DNA of 63,186 nucleotides, counting the filler, from Chiloscyllium plagiosum (taxonomy: Eukaryota): NCBI RefSeq assembly GCF_004010195.1. It is 5 parts of one record of this genome, joined end to end, with 100 filler letters (N's around TTAATTAATTAA, not from the genome) between each part and the next. Parts side by side here need not be neighbours in the genome. Positions count along the whole stretch, not along the records: positions 1 to 11,721 come from NC_057716.1; 4 more parts are not named here. One strand, 5' to 3'. This document shows, in pieces, positions 1 through 11,821 of the stretch. Under the pieces are notes generated by a model. That model did no database searches and was not told where the DNA came from. It saw only the letters and a list, made by a program, of their open reading frames with translations. Positions within the stretch are counted from its first letter, which is position 1, and every line of letters starts with the position of its first letter. A program made the translations under genes and the position numbers.

Positions 1-220
1 AACCTGGTAGTGTGAAGGAGAGAAAGAGAGAGGGACAGGGCAGTATGAGGGAGAGAGAGAGTGGGAGCTGGCAGTGTGAGGGAGAGAGTGGGACCTGGCA
101 GTGTGTAGGAGAGAGAGGGAGTGGGAGCGGGCAGTGTAAGGGAGAGAGTGAGTGTAACCCAGCAGTGTGAGGGAGAGTGGGTCCTGGCAGTGTAAGGGAC
201 AGAGAGAGACAGGGAGTGGG
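1..220. repeat. Degenerate purine-rich minisatellite (GGCAGTGTGAGGGAGAGAG-type units)
   Basis: About 7 imperfect copies of (CT)GGCAGTGT(G/A)AGGGAGAGAG..GTGGG. Confidence 0.8.
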
Positions 221-798
221 TGTGTCTTCCAAACCTTCCAACAATTGGGTTATTAGGGAAATACTATCCGTTACCCCCACACACTGGAACCAGCCCCTCT
301 CCCCCAACCATATTCAGTACAACTATTAGCACCTCGTCCCCATCCAACATACACACAACTCAGCCCCTCCCTCAATACACAGAGTGAAATCCTGGGGCAT
401 AGTCTAGATAAATGCCTCTTTCACACTGATACTGACCTCCCAAGACATCCAACAACTCAGTACAATGCAACAGCTCAGTTGCTCCTCTCTGTCGCAAATA
501 TAATTCCCGACACAAGAAAAGCAGCTCCCATTTATTCCAAATCTTAGCAGAAAGACTACCTCATCCATTACACACACCATTAACTGCTCGTGAATTTGAA
601 AATACGTATTTTATGTTTGTGTTAAGTTTGTAAGTTGTCGGGAATTATGCACAAGAGAGGCACAGGCAAAAACCCTGAACGGGAACACTTCATTTTAAGT
701 GGTCACACCTCCACACTCATCCCTTCACTCAGCCCCAACCTCTCCTCATGGGTCACCTGACCAGCTCTCTTGAAGGGACAGCACACGAACTACATACA

Positions 799-839
799 TG
801 ACACTTCACCCCCTTTATATTAAAGGGGGTGAAGTGTCA
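799..839. other. Perfect 19-bp inverted repeat with 3-nt loop
   Basis: TGACACTTCACCCCCTTTA (799-817), loop TAT, TAAAGGGGGTGAAGTGTCA (821-839). Confidence 0.9.
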
Positions 840-939
840 ATCAGCATGTTAATCTGTTACTCTGTTAATCAGCATCTATACAACCATTAAAAAGATTATA
901 TTTGGCATTGTAGCCAACATTGGATGAACTTTGGATCAT

Positions 940-3900
940 TCAGGAGGTAGGGGTGGGGTTTATTGAGGGGAGTTACAGGGCAGTAGTCACACTCAGGTGC
1001 AAGAAAGAGGCAGATGGGTTACAGACAGGGCATGGAAAGGGAACCCCTCAATAACAAGTATACCATTTTGGATATTGGTAGGGGGGACAACTTACCAGGG
1101 GTCAGCCATGGGGTGCAGGTCTCTAGCACAGAGTGTGTCCCTGTTGCTCAGAAGGGAACGGGGAGATGAGCAGAACATGAGTCATTGGGGACTGCATAGT
1201 TAGGGGACAGATAGGAGGTTCTGTAGGAACGAAAGAGATTCACGGTTGGTGTGTTGCTTTCCAAGTGCCAGGGATTGTGTTGAGTTGGATCGTGCTTTTG
1301 GGATCCTGGAGGGGGAGGCGAAACAGCCCCAAGTCGTTGTTCACATAGGCACCAACAACATAGGTAGTAAAAGGGATGGGGATTTAAGGCAAAAATTCAG
1401 GGAGCTAGGGTGGAAGCTTAGAGGTAGTACTCCGGTCTCTGGTTTGCTGCCTGTGCCATATGCTAGCGAGGTGAGGAATAGGGAGAGAGAGGAGTTGAAC
1501 ACATGGCTACCGGGATAGTACAGGAGGGAGGGCTTTGGATATCTGGAAAATTGGGGCTCTTTCTACGGTAGATGGGACCTCTACAAACAGGGTGGTCTGT
1601 ACCTGAACCAGAGGAGTACCAATATCCTGGGGGGGATATTTGCTAACGCTCCTCAGGAGGGTTTAAACTAATTCAGCAGGATGGGAACCTTAATTGTAGT
1701 TCCAGTGTCCAGGAGGTTGAGAGTAGTGAGGTCAGAAATGAGGTTTCAAGGTGACAAGAGTGCACTGGCAAACAGAAAAGTGGGTTGAAGTGCGTCTACT
1801 TCAATGCCAGGAGCATCCGGAATAACTTGCAGCATGGGTTGGTACCTGGGATTTTGATATTTTGGTCATTTCAGAGGCGTGGTTAGAGCAGGGACAGGAA
1901 TGGTTGTTGCATGTTCTGGGATTTAGATGTTTCAGTAAGAACAGAGAAGATGGTAAAAGAGTGGGTTGTGTGGCATTGTTAATCAAGGACAGTAGTACGG
2001 TAGCAGAAAGGGCGTTTGAGGACTCGTCTACTGAGGTAGTATGGGCTGAGGTTAGAAACAGGAAAGGAGAGGTGATCCTGTTGGGAGTTTTCCATAGGCC
2101 TCTGAATTGTTCCAGAGATGTAGAGGAAAGGAGAGCAAAGATAATTCTGGATAGGAGCAAGAGTAGCAAAGTAGTTGTTATTGGAGCCTTTAACTTTCCA
2201 AATATCGACTGGAAATACTATAGTTTGAGTACTTTAGATGGGTCAGTTTTTGTCCAATGTATACAGGATGGTTTCTTGACTTAGTATGTAGACAAGCCAA
2301 CAAGAGGAGAGGCCACAGTAGATTTAGTATTGGGTAATAAACCTGGCCAGGTGTTAGATTTAGAGGTAGGTGAGCACTTTGGTGATAGTGACCACAGTTT
2401 CGTTATGTTTACTTTAGCGATGAAAAGAGATAGATATATAATGTAGGGCAAGATTTATTGCTGGGAGAAAGGCAAGATGCAATTAGGCAAGATTTAGGAC
2501 GCATAGGACGGGGAAGGAAACTGCAGGGGATGGGCACAATTGAAATGTGGAGCTTATTCAAGGAACAGATACTGCGTGTCCTTGATAAGTATATATCTGT
2601 CAGGCAGTAGTTGAGTGAGAGAACTTTGGTTTATTAAAGAAGTTGAATCTCATGTCAAGAGGAAGAAGAAGACTTGTGTTAGGATGAGATGTGAAGGCTC
2701 AGTTAGGGCGCATGAAAGTTACAAGTTAACCAGGAAAGACCTAAAGAGAGAACTAAGAACAGCCAGGAGGGGACATGAGAAATCATTGGCAGATAGGATC
2801 CAGGAAAACCCTAAGGCTTTCTGTAGGTATATCAGGAATAAAAGAAACTAGAGAAAGATTAGGGCCAATCAAGGATAGCAGTGGGAAGTTGTGCGTGGAG
2901 TCTGAGGAGATAGGGGAAATGCTAAATAAATATTTTTCATCAGTATTCACACTGGAAAAAGACAATGTTGTTGAGGAAAATACTGAGATACAGGCTACTA
3001 GACTAGATGGGATTGAGGTTCACAAGGAAGAGATGATAGCAATTCTGGAAAGTGTAAGAAAAGATAAGCCCCCTGAGCTGATGGGATTTTTCCCAGGATT
3101 CTCTGGGAAGCCGGGAGGAGATTGCAGAGCCTTTGACTTTGATCTTTATGTCATCATTGCCTACAGGAATAGTGCCAGAAGAATGGTGGGATAGTAAATG
3201 TTGTCCCCTTGTTCAAGAAGGGGAGTAGAGACAACCCTGGCAATCATAAACCAATGAGCCTTACTTCGGATGTGGATAAAGTGTTGTAAAAGGTTATAAG
3301 AGATAAGATTTATAATCTTCTAGAGAAGAATAAGTTGATTCGGGATAGTCAACACTGTTTTGTGAAGGATAGGTCATGCCTCACAAACCTTATTGAATTC
3401 TTTGAGGTGATGACCAAACATGTGGATGAGAGTAAACTGGTTGATGTGGTGTATATGGATTTCAGTAAGGCATTTGATAATGTTCCCCAATTGCACAAAA
3501 TATGGAGACATGGGATTGAGGGTGATTTAACGGTTTAGATCAGAAATTGGCTAGCTGAAAGGAGATAGAGGGTGGTGCTTGATGGGAAATGTTCATCCTG
3601 GAGTTTAGTTACTTGTGGTGTACCACAAGGATCTGTTTTGGTGCCACTGCTGTTTATCATTCATATAAATGACCTAGATGAGGGTGGAGAAGGATGGTCT
3701 TGTAAATTGTTTTGATGACACTAAGGTTGATGGAGTTGTGGATAGTGTTGAAGGATGTTGCAGGTTATATAGAGATATAGATAAGCTGCAAGGCTGGGCT
3801 GAGAGGTGGCAAATGGAGTTTAATGTGAAAAATTGTGAAGTGATTCACTTTGGAAGGAGCAACAGCAATAAAGAGTACTGAGCTAATGATAATATTCTTG

Positions 3901-4330
3901 GTAGTGTAGATGAACAGAGAGATCTCGGTGTCCACACACATAGATCCTTGAAAGTTGCCACCCAGGTTAATAATGTTGTTAAGAAGGCATACAGTGTGTT
4001 AGCTTTTATTGGTAGAGGGATTGAGTTTTGTTTCGTCATGCTACTAGGTAGAGGGATTGAGTTTTGGAGCCACGAGGTTATGCTGTAGCTGACAAAACTC
4101 TGGTGTGGCCATATTTGGAGTATTGCATACAGTTCTAATGGCCGCAGAGGACTGTGGAGGCCAAGGCATTGAGTGTATTACAGGTTCTTGATTAATAAGG
4201 GAATCAAGGGTTACAAGGAGAAGGCAGTGAAATGGGGTTGAGAATTATATCAGCCATGATCCTCTGGTGGAGTAGATTCAATTAGTCAAATGCCCTAATT
4301 GTGCTCATATATCTTATGTTCTTATGGTCA
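940..4330 (+). mobile_element. CR1-clade (HER1-like) LINE, near full length, degenerate: ORF1 SGNH esterase, ORF2 APE and RT, 3' tail
   Basis: Esterase motif VVVHIGTNNIG (1246-1518); APE GxFNFPNIDW (1862-2284); RT SCLTNLIEFF/VDVVYMDFSKAFD, PQGSVL, F.DDTK; many stops and frameshifts; ends in (TCTTATG)n-like tail. Confidence 0.93.
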
Positions 4331-4429
4331 CCTCCAGTTTGCTCCTTCTTCCTGCTGTTCCCTGCAACAAGGAGGGAAAGGAGAGATATATGTGTAAGTG
4401 TAAATGATTCATCTGATAGATGCTGAGGG

Positions 4430-4623
4430 TGACCATTGGGAAAGGAGAATCAACGTTTCGGGCATAAGCCCTTCTTCAGGAATGAAGAAGGGCTTATGCC
4501 CGAAACGTCGATTCTCCTGTTCCTTGGTTGCTGCCTGACCTGCTGCGCTTTTCCAGCAACACATTTTCAGCTCTGATCTCCAGCATCTGCAGTCCTCACT
4601 TTCTCCTTGACCATTGGGAAAGG
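4430..4623 (+). mobile_element. Penelope-like element terminal fragment with 36-bp inverted arm, hammerhead motif and 16-bp target-site duplication
   Basis: TGACCATTGGGAAAGG at 4430-4445 and 4608-4623; inverted arms 4443-4478 and 4483-4518; CTGAAGA-A-GGGC-TTAT-GCCC-GAAACGT core. Confidence 0.85.
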
Positions 4624-5039
4624 CATGAAATTACAAGAATGAGAGTAAGTGGGAGTGTTCAATGTATGGATGGAATGTGAGAAAGTTCATAAACATGAGG
4701 AATGGGTACATCTGCCAAGTAAGGGTGTGTGTGTTACAACAAGATGTGGAGAGGATGAATCACTCCAATGTTTCTCTCTTCTTGTCTGACAACAACAGGT
4801 TATTTTACTTCTCAAAGAATATACTTGCCAATTTAGTGAGTGCTTAAATGTTAACACACTGTGATTTTTAAAGGACCAATCAGACAGCTTTCCTTGAGTT
4901 TAACAAAGAAAGAGTTTAGCGCTACTAAATTTAATCCGATACAAGAAAAATAATTAAATATTTTCCAGTGTGTATACACACAGAGGCAAACGGAGACACA
5001 CATAGCTCTCTCTCTCTCTCTCTCACATATACACACACT

Positions 5040-5575
5040 AAAATACTGGGGGTAGATTTGCTCACTGAACTGGGAGGTTTATTTCCAGATGTTTCATCAG
5101 GTGAAGCAGTGTACAGGATTCCTGCTTTCTATTTATATGTTTGGGTTTCTTTGGGTTGGTGATGTCATTTCCAGTTCTTTTTCTCAGGGCATGGTAGATG
5201 GGGCCTATCTCGATGTGTTTGTTGATAGAGTTCCAGTTGGAATGCCACGCTTCTAGGAATTCTTGTGCATGTCTCTGTTTGGCCTGTCCTAAGATGGATG
5301 TGTTGCCCCATTCGAAGTGGTGTCCTTCCTTATCTGTATGTAAAGATACTAGTGAGAGAGAGTCATGTCTTTTTGTGGCTAGTTGGTGTTCATGTATCCT
5401 GGTGGCTAGGTTTCTACCTGTTTGTCCAATGTAGTGTTTGTTACAGTTCTTGCATGGTATTTTGTAAATGACATTAGTTTTGCTTGTTGTCTGTATAGGG
5501 TCTTTCAAGTTTGTTAGCTGCTGTTTTAGTGTGTTGATGGGTTTGTGCGCTACCATGTTGCCAAGGGGTCTGCAA
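5040..5575 (-). mobile_element. Penelope-like retroelement 3' part, GIY-YIG endonuclease
   Basis: ORF 5062-5595: NVIYKIPCKNCNKHYIGQTGRNLATRIHEH...REFLEAWHS-like, the typical PLE GIY-YIG domain. Confidence 0.93.
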
Positions 5576-6242
5576 AAGGCGAATGCAAAATTCAAAACAC
5601 AAATTTTTATTGAATGATTTTATTGAATGGTGGGATAGGCTCAAGGGGCTGAATGCTCTACTTCTACACCTGTTTCGTAAGTTTGAATGTTTGTATGTCC
5701 ACTGAGATTTGTCCACTCAAGAACCTGAATCAATTCTGTGGTTAGCTGATTGTCAACATAGTGATTGACAAGCATCATTCCTTTGTCACTGAATGCAAAT
5801 TCTAGGCTAATATTCATAGTGGGTTTCTTCACAGAGAATAATTTTCAAGTCACTAACTTGAACACAAGTGGTTATGATGACATACTCTAAACTGAATAGA
5901 AAATGAATCTTAAATTCTGAGCAGTTTAGAAATATATTGATGAAATAATTCCCCAATAGAAACTAAATGGGCAATTAAAACAACACTAGCTGTAAAATAT
6001 AGGTATAAAAAGGACTGAGATGATGGTGAGATTGAGAATAATGCTTTAACTGATAAAATTATAGTATTAAGGTGTACTTCAGTTGAAGAGAAGGGCAAGA
6101 TTGTGATGTTGGATAATTGTAGTTGCACTAAATAAACTCCCAGTTTAAATGTAAATTTCGCTTCAGCAACATCAGCCCTAACTTCGGAATGAAAGTTGGC
6201 ATAAATCCAATGTTTGGCTAGTCTCTTACTGTACAAGTAGTT

Positions 6243-7905
6243 ATAGAATCATAGAGATGTACAGCACAGAAACAGACCCTTCGGTCCAACTCGTCCACGC
6301 CGACCAGATATCCTAAATTAATCTAGTCCCATTTGCCAGCACTTAGCTCATATCCCCCTAAACCCTTCCTGTTCACATACCCATACAGATCCTTTTTAAA
6401 TGTTGTAATTGTACCAGCCTCCACTACTTCCTCTGGCAGCTCATTCCATACATGTACCACCCTCTGAAAACATTTCCCCTTAGGTCGTTTTTATACTTTT
6501 CCCCTCTCACCCTGAACCTATGCCCTCTAGTTCTGGATTCCCCCACCCCAGGGAAAAACATTGTAGAGGGCGGCACGGTGGCACAGTAGTTAGCACTGCT
6601 GCCTCACAGGGCCAGAGACCCAGGTTCAATTCCCGCCTCAGGCGACTTACTGTGTGGAGTTTGCACGTTTTCCCCGTGTCTGCGTGGGTTTCCTCCGGGT
6701 GCTCCGGTTTCCTCCCACAGTCCAAAGATGTGCAGGTCAGGTGAATTGGCTATGCTAAATTGCCCGTGGTGTTAGGTAAGGGGTAAATGTAGGGGTATCG
6801 GTGGGTTGCGCTGCGGCGGGTCGGTGTGGACTTGTTGGGCCAAAGGGCCTATTTCCACACTGTAAGTAATCTAATCTAATCTAATCCTATCCATGCCCTC
6901 CCCATGACTTTATAAACCTCTATAAGGTCAGGCCTCAGCCTCTGACGCTCCAGGAAAAACAACACCAGCCTATTCAGCCTCTCCCTATCGCTCAAATCCT
7001 CCAACCCTGGCAACATCCTTGTAAATCTTTTCTGAGCCCTTTAAAGTTGTGCAACATCCTTCCGATAGAAGGAGACCAGAATTGCACTCAATATTCCAAA
7101 AGTGGCCTAACCAATGTCCTGTACAGCTGCAACATGACCTTTCAACCCCTATACTCACTGCTCTGAACGATAAAGGAAAGCATACTAAATGCCTTCTTCA
7201 GTATCCTATCGACCTTCGACTCTACTTTCAAGGAAGTATGAACCTGCACTCCAAGGGCTCTTTGTTCAGCAATACTCCCTAGGACCTTACCATTTATTGT
7301 ACAGGTCCTGCTAAGATTTGCTTTTCCAAAATGCAGCACCTCGCATTTATCTAAATTAAACTCCATCTGCCACTCCTCAGCCCATTGGCCCATATCCTTA
7401 TTCACTGTCCACTACACCTCCAATTTTGGTGTCATTTGCAAACTTACTAACTATACCGCCTTTGTTCAATCCAAATTATTTATATAAATGACAAAACATA
7501 GTGGACCCAGCATTGCTCCTTGTGGTACTCCACTGGTTACAGGCCTCCAGTCTGAAAAGCAATCTTCCACCATTATCCTCCGTCTTCCACTTTCGAGCCA
7601 GATCTGTATCCAAATGGCTAGTTCTCCCTGTATTCCATGAGGCCTAACCTTCCTAACAAGTCCATCATGGGGAACCTTGTCGAACACGTAACTGAAGTCC
7701 ATATAGATTACATCTACTGCTCTGCCCTCATCAATCCTCTTTGTTACTTCTTCAAAAACTCAATCAAGTTTGTGAGACATGATTTCCCACGCACAAAGCT
7801 ATGCTGACTATCCCTCATCAGTCCTTGTGTTTCAAAATACATGTAAATCCTATCCCTCAGGATTCCCTCCAACCTGCCCACCACCAATGTCAGGCTCATC
7901 AGTCT
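6243..7905 (-). mobile_element. CR1 LINE 3' half (RT and 3' UTR), interrupted by a V-SINE
   Basis: ORFs 7466-7702 (MDFS..FDKVPH, GVPQG) and 7142-7405 (WQMEFN..KC); ATAGAATCATAG tail at 6243. Confidence 0.92.
6568..6886 (+). mobile_element. V-SINE (HE1-like), full length
   Basis: tRNA-like head GGCACGGTGGC..GTTAGCACTGCTGCCTCACAG..GGTTCAATTCCC; V-domain TGTGTGGAGTTTGCAC..CTCCGGTTTCCTCCCACAGTCCAAAGA; CR1-like tail and (TAATC)n. Confidence 0.93.
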
Positions 7906-8924
7906 TGGATAATGTGTGTTCTGGCAATGTAATTTGCTTAAATGTCGCTGCGGAATTAAGGAATGTTATTTTTGAGAATGCTTGCCTCTGTTGGCAATAG
8001 TGCAATTCCAGCGGTGATCGGTTCACACGCTTCGTTTTATGTATGTGCCGATGTCAGTTAGTGATCTACATGCTGCTCTGCACATGCGCTGGTGTCAACT
8101 ACCAACACAGCAGCTTCCTGTGAGAGGTATTGTACAGAGAGCAGCTTTCTGAGAGAGATATATTCAGCAGCTTCCTGTGAAAGGTACGCTACTCCGATAT
8201 TATCTTTTTGCTTTGATAAAACGGAGGGGCACAGTGACAAGAGTATTCGCAGGAAGCATCCTGGTGATAAAATTGTAGGTGGTGAACACAAAAGAAAGGC
8301 TATAACAAGTGAAGAGAAGTGTTTTGAGTGTAAGGAGAGAATATGTGACATAGCTCGCTTAACAGGAATGAGGGAGCCAACCTTACACACCATGATGACC
8401 CTCTATCCCAGCATTAACAATATTCTCTAAATGTGCTGTGTTAATTTTATGTTTGTTTCAATGATAAATATAATTGATACCTTCATTCAGGTTGCGCAAA
8501 ACTTTGTGTTAAACTTCTGGGTGATTTTTAAGTGATTCTGAGTGATTTTTTGTTGTTGGTCTGCCCCTAACATCACTTTTCCCATTGGCCGAATTATTTA
8601 TATCAAGTAATTTTCTATTAAGCAAAGTTTTGCTGGAATGCAACTACAGCCTTCTAGGAGAACGATCTGTATATGGCTAAAAGACTGGAAATGTCTCTGA
8701 TGTATTGATCGTGGTCAGAATCTCATAGATGTGGCAGGAGTAGTGCAAGAAGTGGGGATGTGAAAATGAAAATATATTCCCTTTCTACTAGATTTTTAAT
8801 ATAATGTATTGTAGGCCAGTGCTCCTCTCAGAAAGGAAATATGCAAGAGTAAAGTCCCTGCTGTGTATTTGTTAAGCAAGGAGTGTAATACTAACTATAA
8901 GTGGAACTGGGCAGAATCTGTATT

Positions 8925-9322
8925 TCTTTTTTTTTTAAAACCCACACACTATCGCCTAACTGCGTTAGTGTTAATTTTTTCCCCAGCACCCATGTTGTGT
9001 GTGTGCAGGTGTGACACACAGTGAAAGAAACAAAGTGTACAAATCTTTATTCAGTTTCCACCACCAGGAAGAAAAGAAACACTCAGTGGTCAATGACAAG
9101 CAGTGCCCATCACATCAAAGGGCAATGCTGCGTGATCAAACAGTGAAGGGGAGAGCAGGGATTAAATCAAATTAAATTAAAATAGAATTGAAATACAATC
9201 CACTCCCTGTGGTGCCCACCTCTCCCTGAACAGCTCAAGGGTGTTGGTGGACATCATGTGCTCCTTCTCCACAGACACCTGGGCTCAGTTTGGCCAGGCC
9301 CAGGAGCAGACCCACGAGGAGG
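8925..9322 (-). mobile_element. Tx1-clade non-LTR retrotransposon 3' end
   Basis: Minus strand encodes LLVGLLLGLAKL..VSVEKEHMMSTNTLELFRERWAPQGV, typical Tx1 ORF2 C-terminus; 3' stem-loop and poly(A) near 8925-8970. Confidence 0.75.
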
Positions 9323-11721
9323 TCATAGAGTCAAAGAGGTGTACAGCATGGACACCTTCAGTCCAACATGTCCATGCCAAGCAGATATCCCAACCCAATC
9401 CATTCCCACCTGCCAGCACCTGGCCCATATCCCTCTAAACCCTTCCTATTCATATACCCATCCAAATGCCTCTTAAATGTTGCAATTGTACCAGCCTCCA
9501 CCACTTCCTCTGGCAGCTCATTCCATACACATACCACCCTCTGTGTGAAAAAGTTGCCCCTTAGGTCTCTTTCATATCTTTCCCCTCTCACCCTAAACCT
9601 ATGCCCTCTAGTTCTGGACTCCCGGACCCCAGGGAAAAGACTTTGTCTATTTACCCTATCCATGCCNNNNNNNNNNNNNNNNNNNNNNNNNNNNNNNNNN
9701 NNNNNNNNNNNNNNNNNNNNNNNNNNNNNNNNNNNNNNNNNNNNNNNNNNNNNNNNNNNNNNNNNNNNNNNNNNNNNNNNNNNNNNNNNNNNNNNNNNNN
9801 NNNNNNNNNNNNNNNNNNNNNNNNNNNNNNNNNNNNNNNNNNNNNNNNNNNNNNNNNNNNNNNNNNNNNNNNNNNNNNNNNNNNNNNNNNNNNNNNNNNN
9901 NNNNNNNNNNNNNNNNNNNNNNNNNNNNNNNNNNNNNNNNNNNNNNNNNNNNNNNNNNNNNNNNNNNNNNNNNNNNNNNNNNNNNNNNNNNNNNNNNNNN
10001 NNNNNNNNNNNNNNNNNNNNNNNNNNNNNNNNNNNNNNNNNNNNNNNNNNNNNNNNNNNNNNNNNNNNNNNNNNNNNNNNNNNNNNNNNNNNNNNNNNNN
10101 NNNNNNNNNNNNNNNNNNNNNNNNNNNNNNNNNNNNNNNNNNNNNNNNNNNNNNNNNNNNNNNNNNNNNNNNNNNNNNNNNNNNNNNNNNNNNNNNNNNN
10201 NNNNNNNNNNNNNNNNNNNNNACCACCACCCTCTGTCTTCTACCTTTGAGCCAGTTCTGTGTCCAGATGGCTAGTTCTCCCTGTATTCCATGAGATCTAA
10301 CCTTGTTAGTCAGTCTCCCATGGGGAACCTTGTCAAACATGTTACTGAAGTCCATACAGATCACATCTACTGCTCTGCCCTCATCAATCCTCTTTGTTAC
10401 TTTTTCAAAAATCTCAATCAAGTTTGTGAGACATGATTTCCCACGCACAAAGCCATGTTGACTATCCCTAATCAGTCCTTGCCTTTCCAAATACATGTAC
10501 ATCCTGTTCCTCAGGATTCCCTCCATCAACTTGCCCACCACCGACATGAGGCTCACCGGTCTATAATTCCCTGGCTTGTTCTTACCACCCTTTTTAAACA
10601 GTGCCACCACGTTTGCCGACCTCCAGTCTTCTAGCACCTCACCTGTGACTATCGATGATACAAATATCTCAGCAAGAAGCCCAGCAATCACTTCTCTAGT
10701 TTCCCACAGAGTTCTCGGGTACACCTGATCAGGTCTTGGGGATGTATCCATCTTTACCCATTTCAAGACAGCCAGCACTTCCTCCTCTGTAATCTGGACA
10801 TTTTGCAAGATGTCACCATCTCTTTCCCTACAGTCTAAATCTTCCATATCCTTTTCCACAGTAAATATTGATGCAAAATATTCATTTAGTATCTCCCCCA
10901 ATTTTTGCAGCTCCACACAAAGGCCGCCTTGCTGATCTTTGAGGGGCCCTATTCTCTCCCTAGTTACCCTTTTGTCCTTAATGTATTTGTAAAAACTCTT
11001 TGGATTATCCTTAATTCTATTTGCCAAAGCTATCTCATGTCCCCTTTTTGCCCTCCTGATTTCCCTCTTAAGTATACTCCTACTTCCTTTATACTCTAAG
11101 GATTCACTCGATCTATCCTGTCTATATCTTATGTATGCTTCCTTCTTTTTCTTAACCAAACCCTCAATTTCTTTCGTCAGCCAGCAATCCCTATACTTAC
11201 CAGCCTTTCCTTTCACCCTAACAGGAATATACTTTTGCTGGATTCTCATTCTCTCATTTCTGAAGGCTTCCCATTTTTCCAGCCATCCCTTTACCTGCGA
11301 ACATCTGCCTGCAATCAGCTTTCGAAAGTTCCTGCCTAATACCATCAAAATTGGCCTTTCTCCAATTTAGAACTTCAAGTTTTAGATCTGGTCTATCCTT
11401 TTCCATCACTATTTTAAATCTAATAGAATTATGGTCATTGGCCCCAAAGTGCTCCCTCACTGACACCTCAGTCACCTGCCCTGCCTTACTTCCCAAGAGT
11501 AGGTCAGGTTTTGCACCTTCTCTAGTAGGTACATCCACATACTGAATCAGAAAATTGTCTTGTACGCACTTAAATTCCTCTTCATCTAAACCTTTAACAC
11601 TATGGCAGTCCCAGTCTATGTTTGGAAAGTTAAAATCCCCTACTATAACCACCCTATTATTCTTACATATAGCTGAGATCTCCTTACAAGTTTGTTTCTC
11701 AATTTCCCTCTGACTATTAGG
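9323..11721 (-). mobile_element. CR1 LINE ORF2 (APE C-terminus, RT, 3' UTR) spanning an N gap
   Basis: ORFs 11254-11652 (VGDFNFPNIDW), 9651-11348 (NYRPVSL, SCLTNLIE, MDFS..FDKVPH) and 9358-9663 (RTRGH, FFTQRVV..WN.LP). Confidence 0.95.
9667..10220. other. Assembly gap (554 N)
   Basis: Run of N inside the CR1. Confidence 1.
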
Positions 11722-11821
11722 NNNNNNNNNNNNNNNNNNNNNNNNNNNNNNNNNNNNNNNNNNNNTTAATTAATTAANNNNNNNNNNNNNNNNNNNNNNN
11801 NNNNNNNNNNNNNNNNNNNNN
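11722..11821. other. Artificial contig linker 44N-TTAATTAATTAA-44N
   Basis: Identical 100-bp structure occurs four times in the window. Confidence 0.97.

Larger units (their letters stand above)
6234..8669 (+). mobile_element. Tigger/pogo-type non-autonomous DNA transposon (body 7906-8669); 5' end apparently split by a CR1 insertion
   Basis: CENP-B/psq-like HTH remnant KRKAITSEEK...ICDIARLTGMREPTL (ORF 8092-8430); 3' end ...GAGAACGATCTG|TA; putative 5' stub TA|CAAGTAGTT at 6232-6242. Confidence 0.7.

Noticed and set aside
799..839. Circovirus/geminivirus replication origin
   Set aside because: Loop TTATATTAA does not match the TAGTATTAC or TAATATTAC nonamer, and no Rep-like ORF is nearby
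9368..10293. Long ORFs of 293 and 230 aa, and the length of the 565-aa ORF
   Set aside because: Inflated by translation through the N gap; the plus-strand ORFs are antisense to CR1
11766..11777. TTAATTAATTAA as a biological palindrome or PacI site
   Set aside because: Centred in identical 44N flanks four times; a synthetic six-frame stop linker
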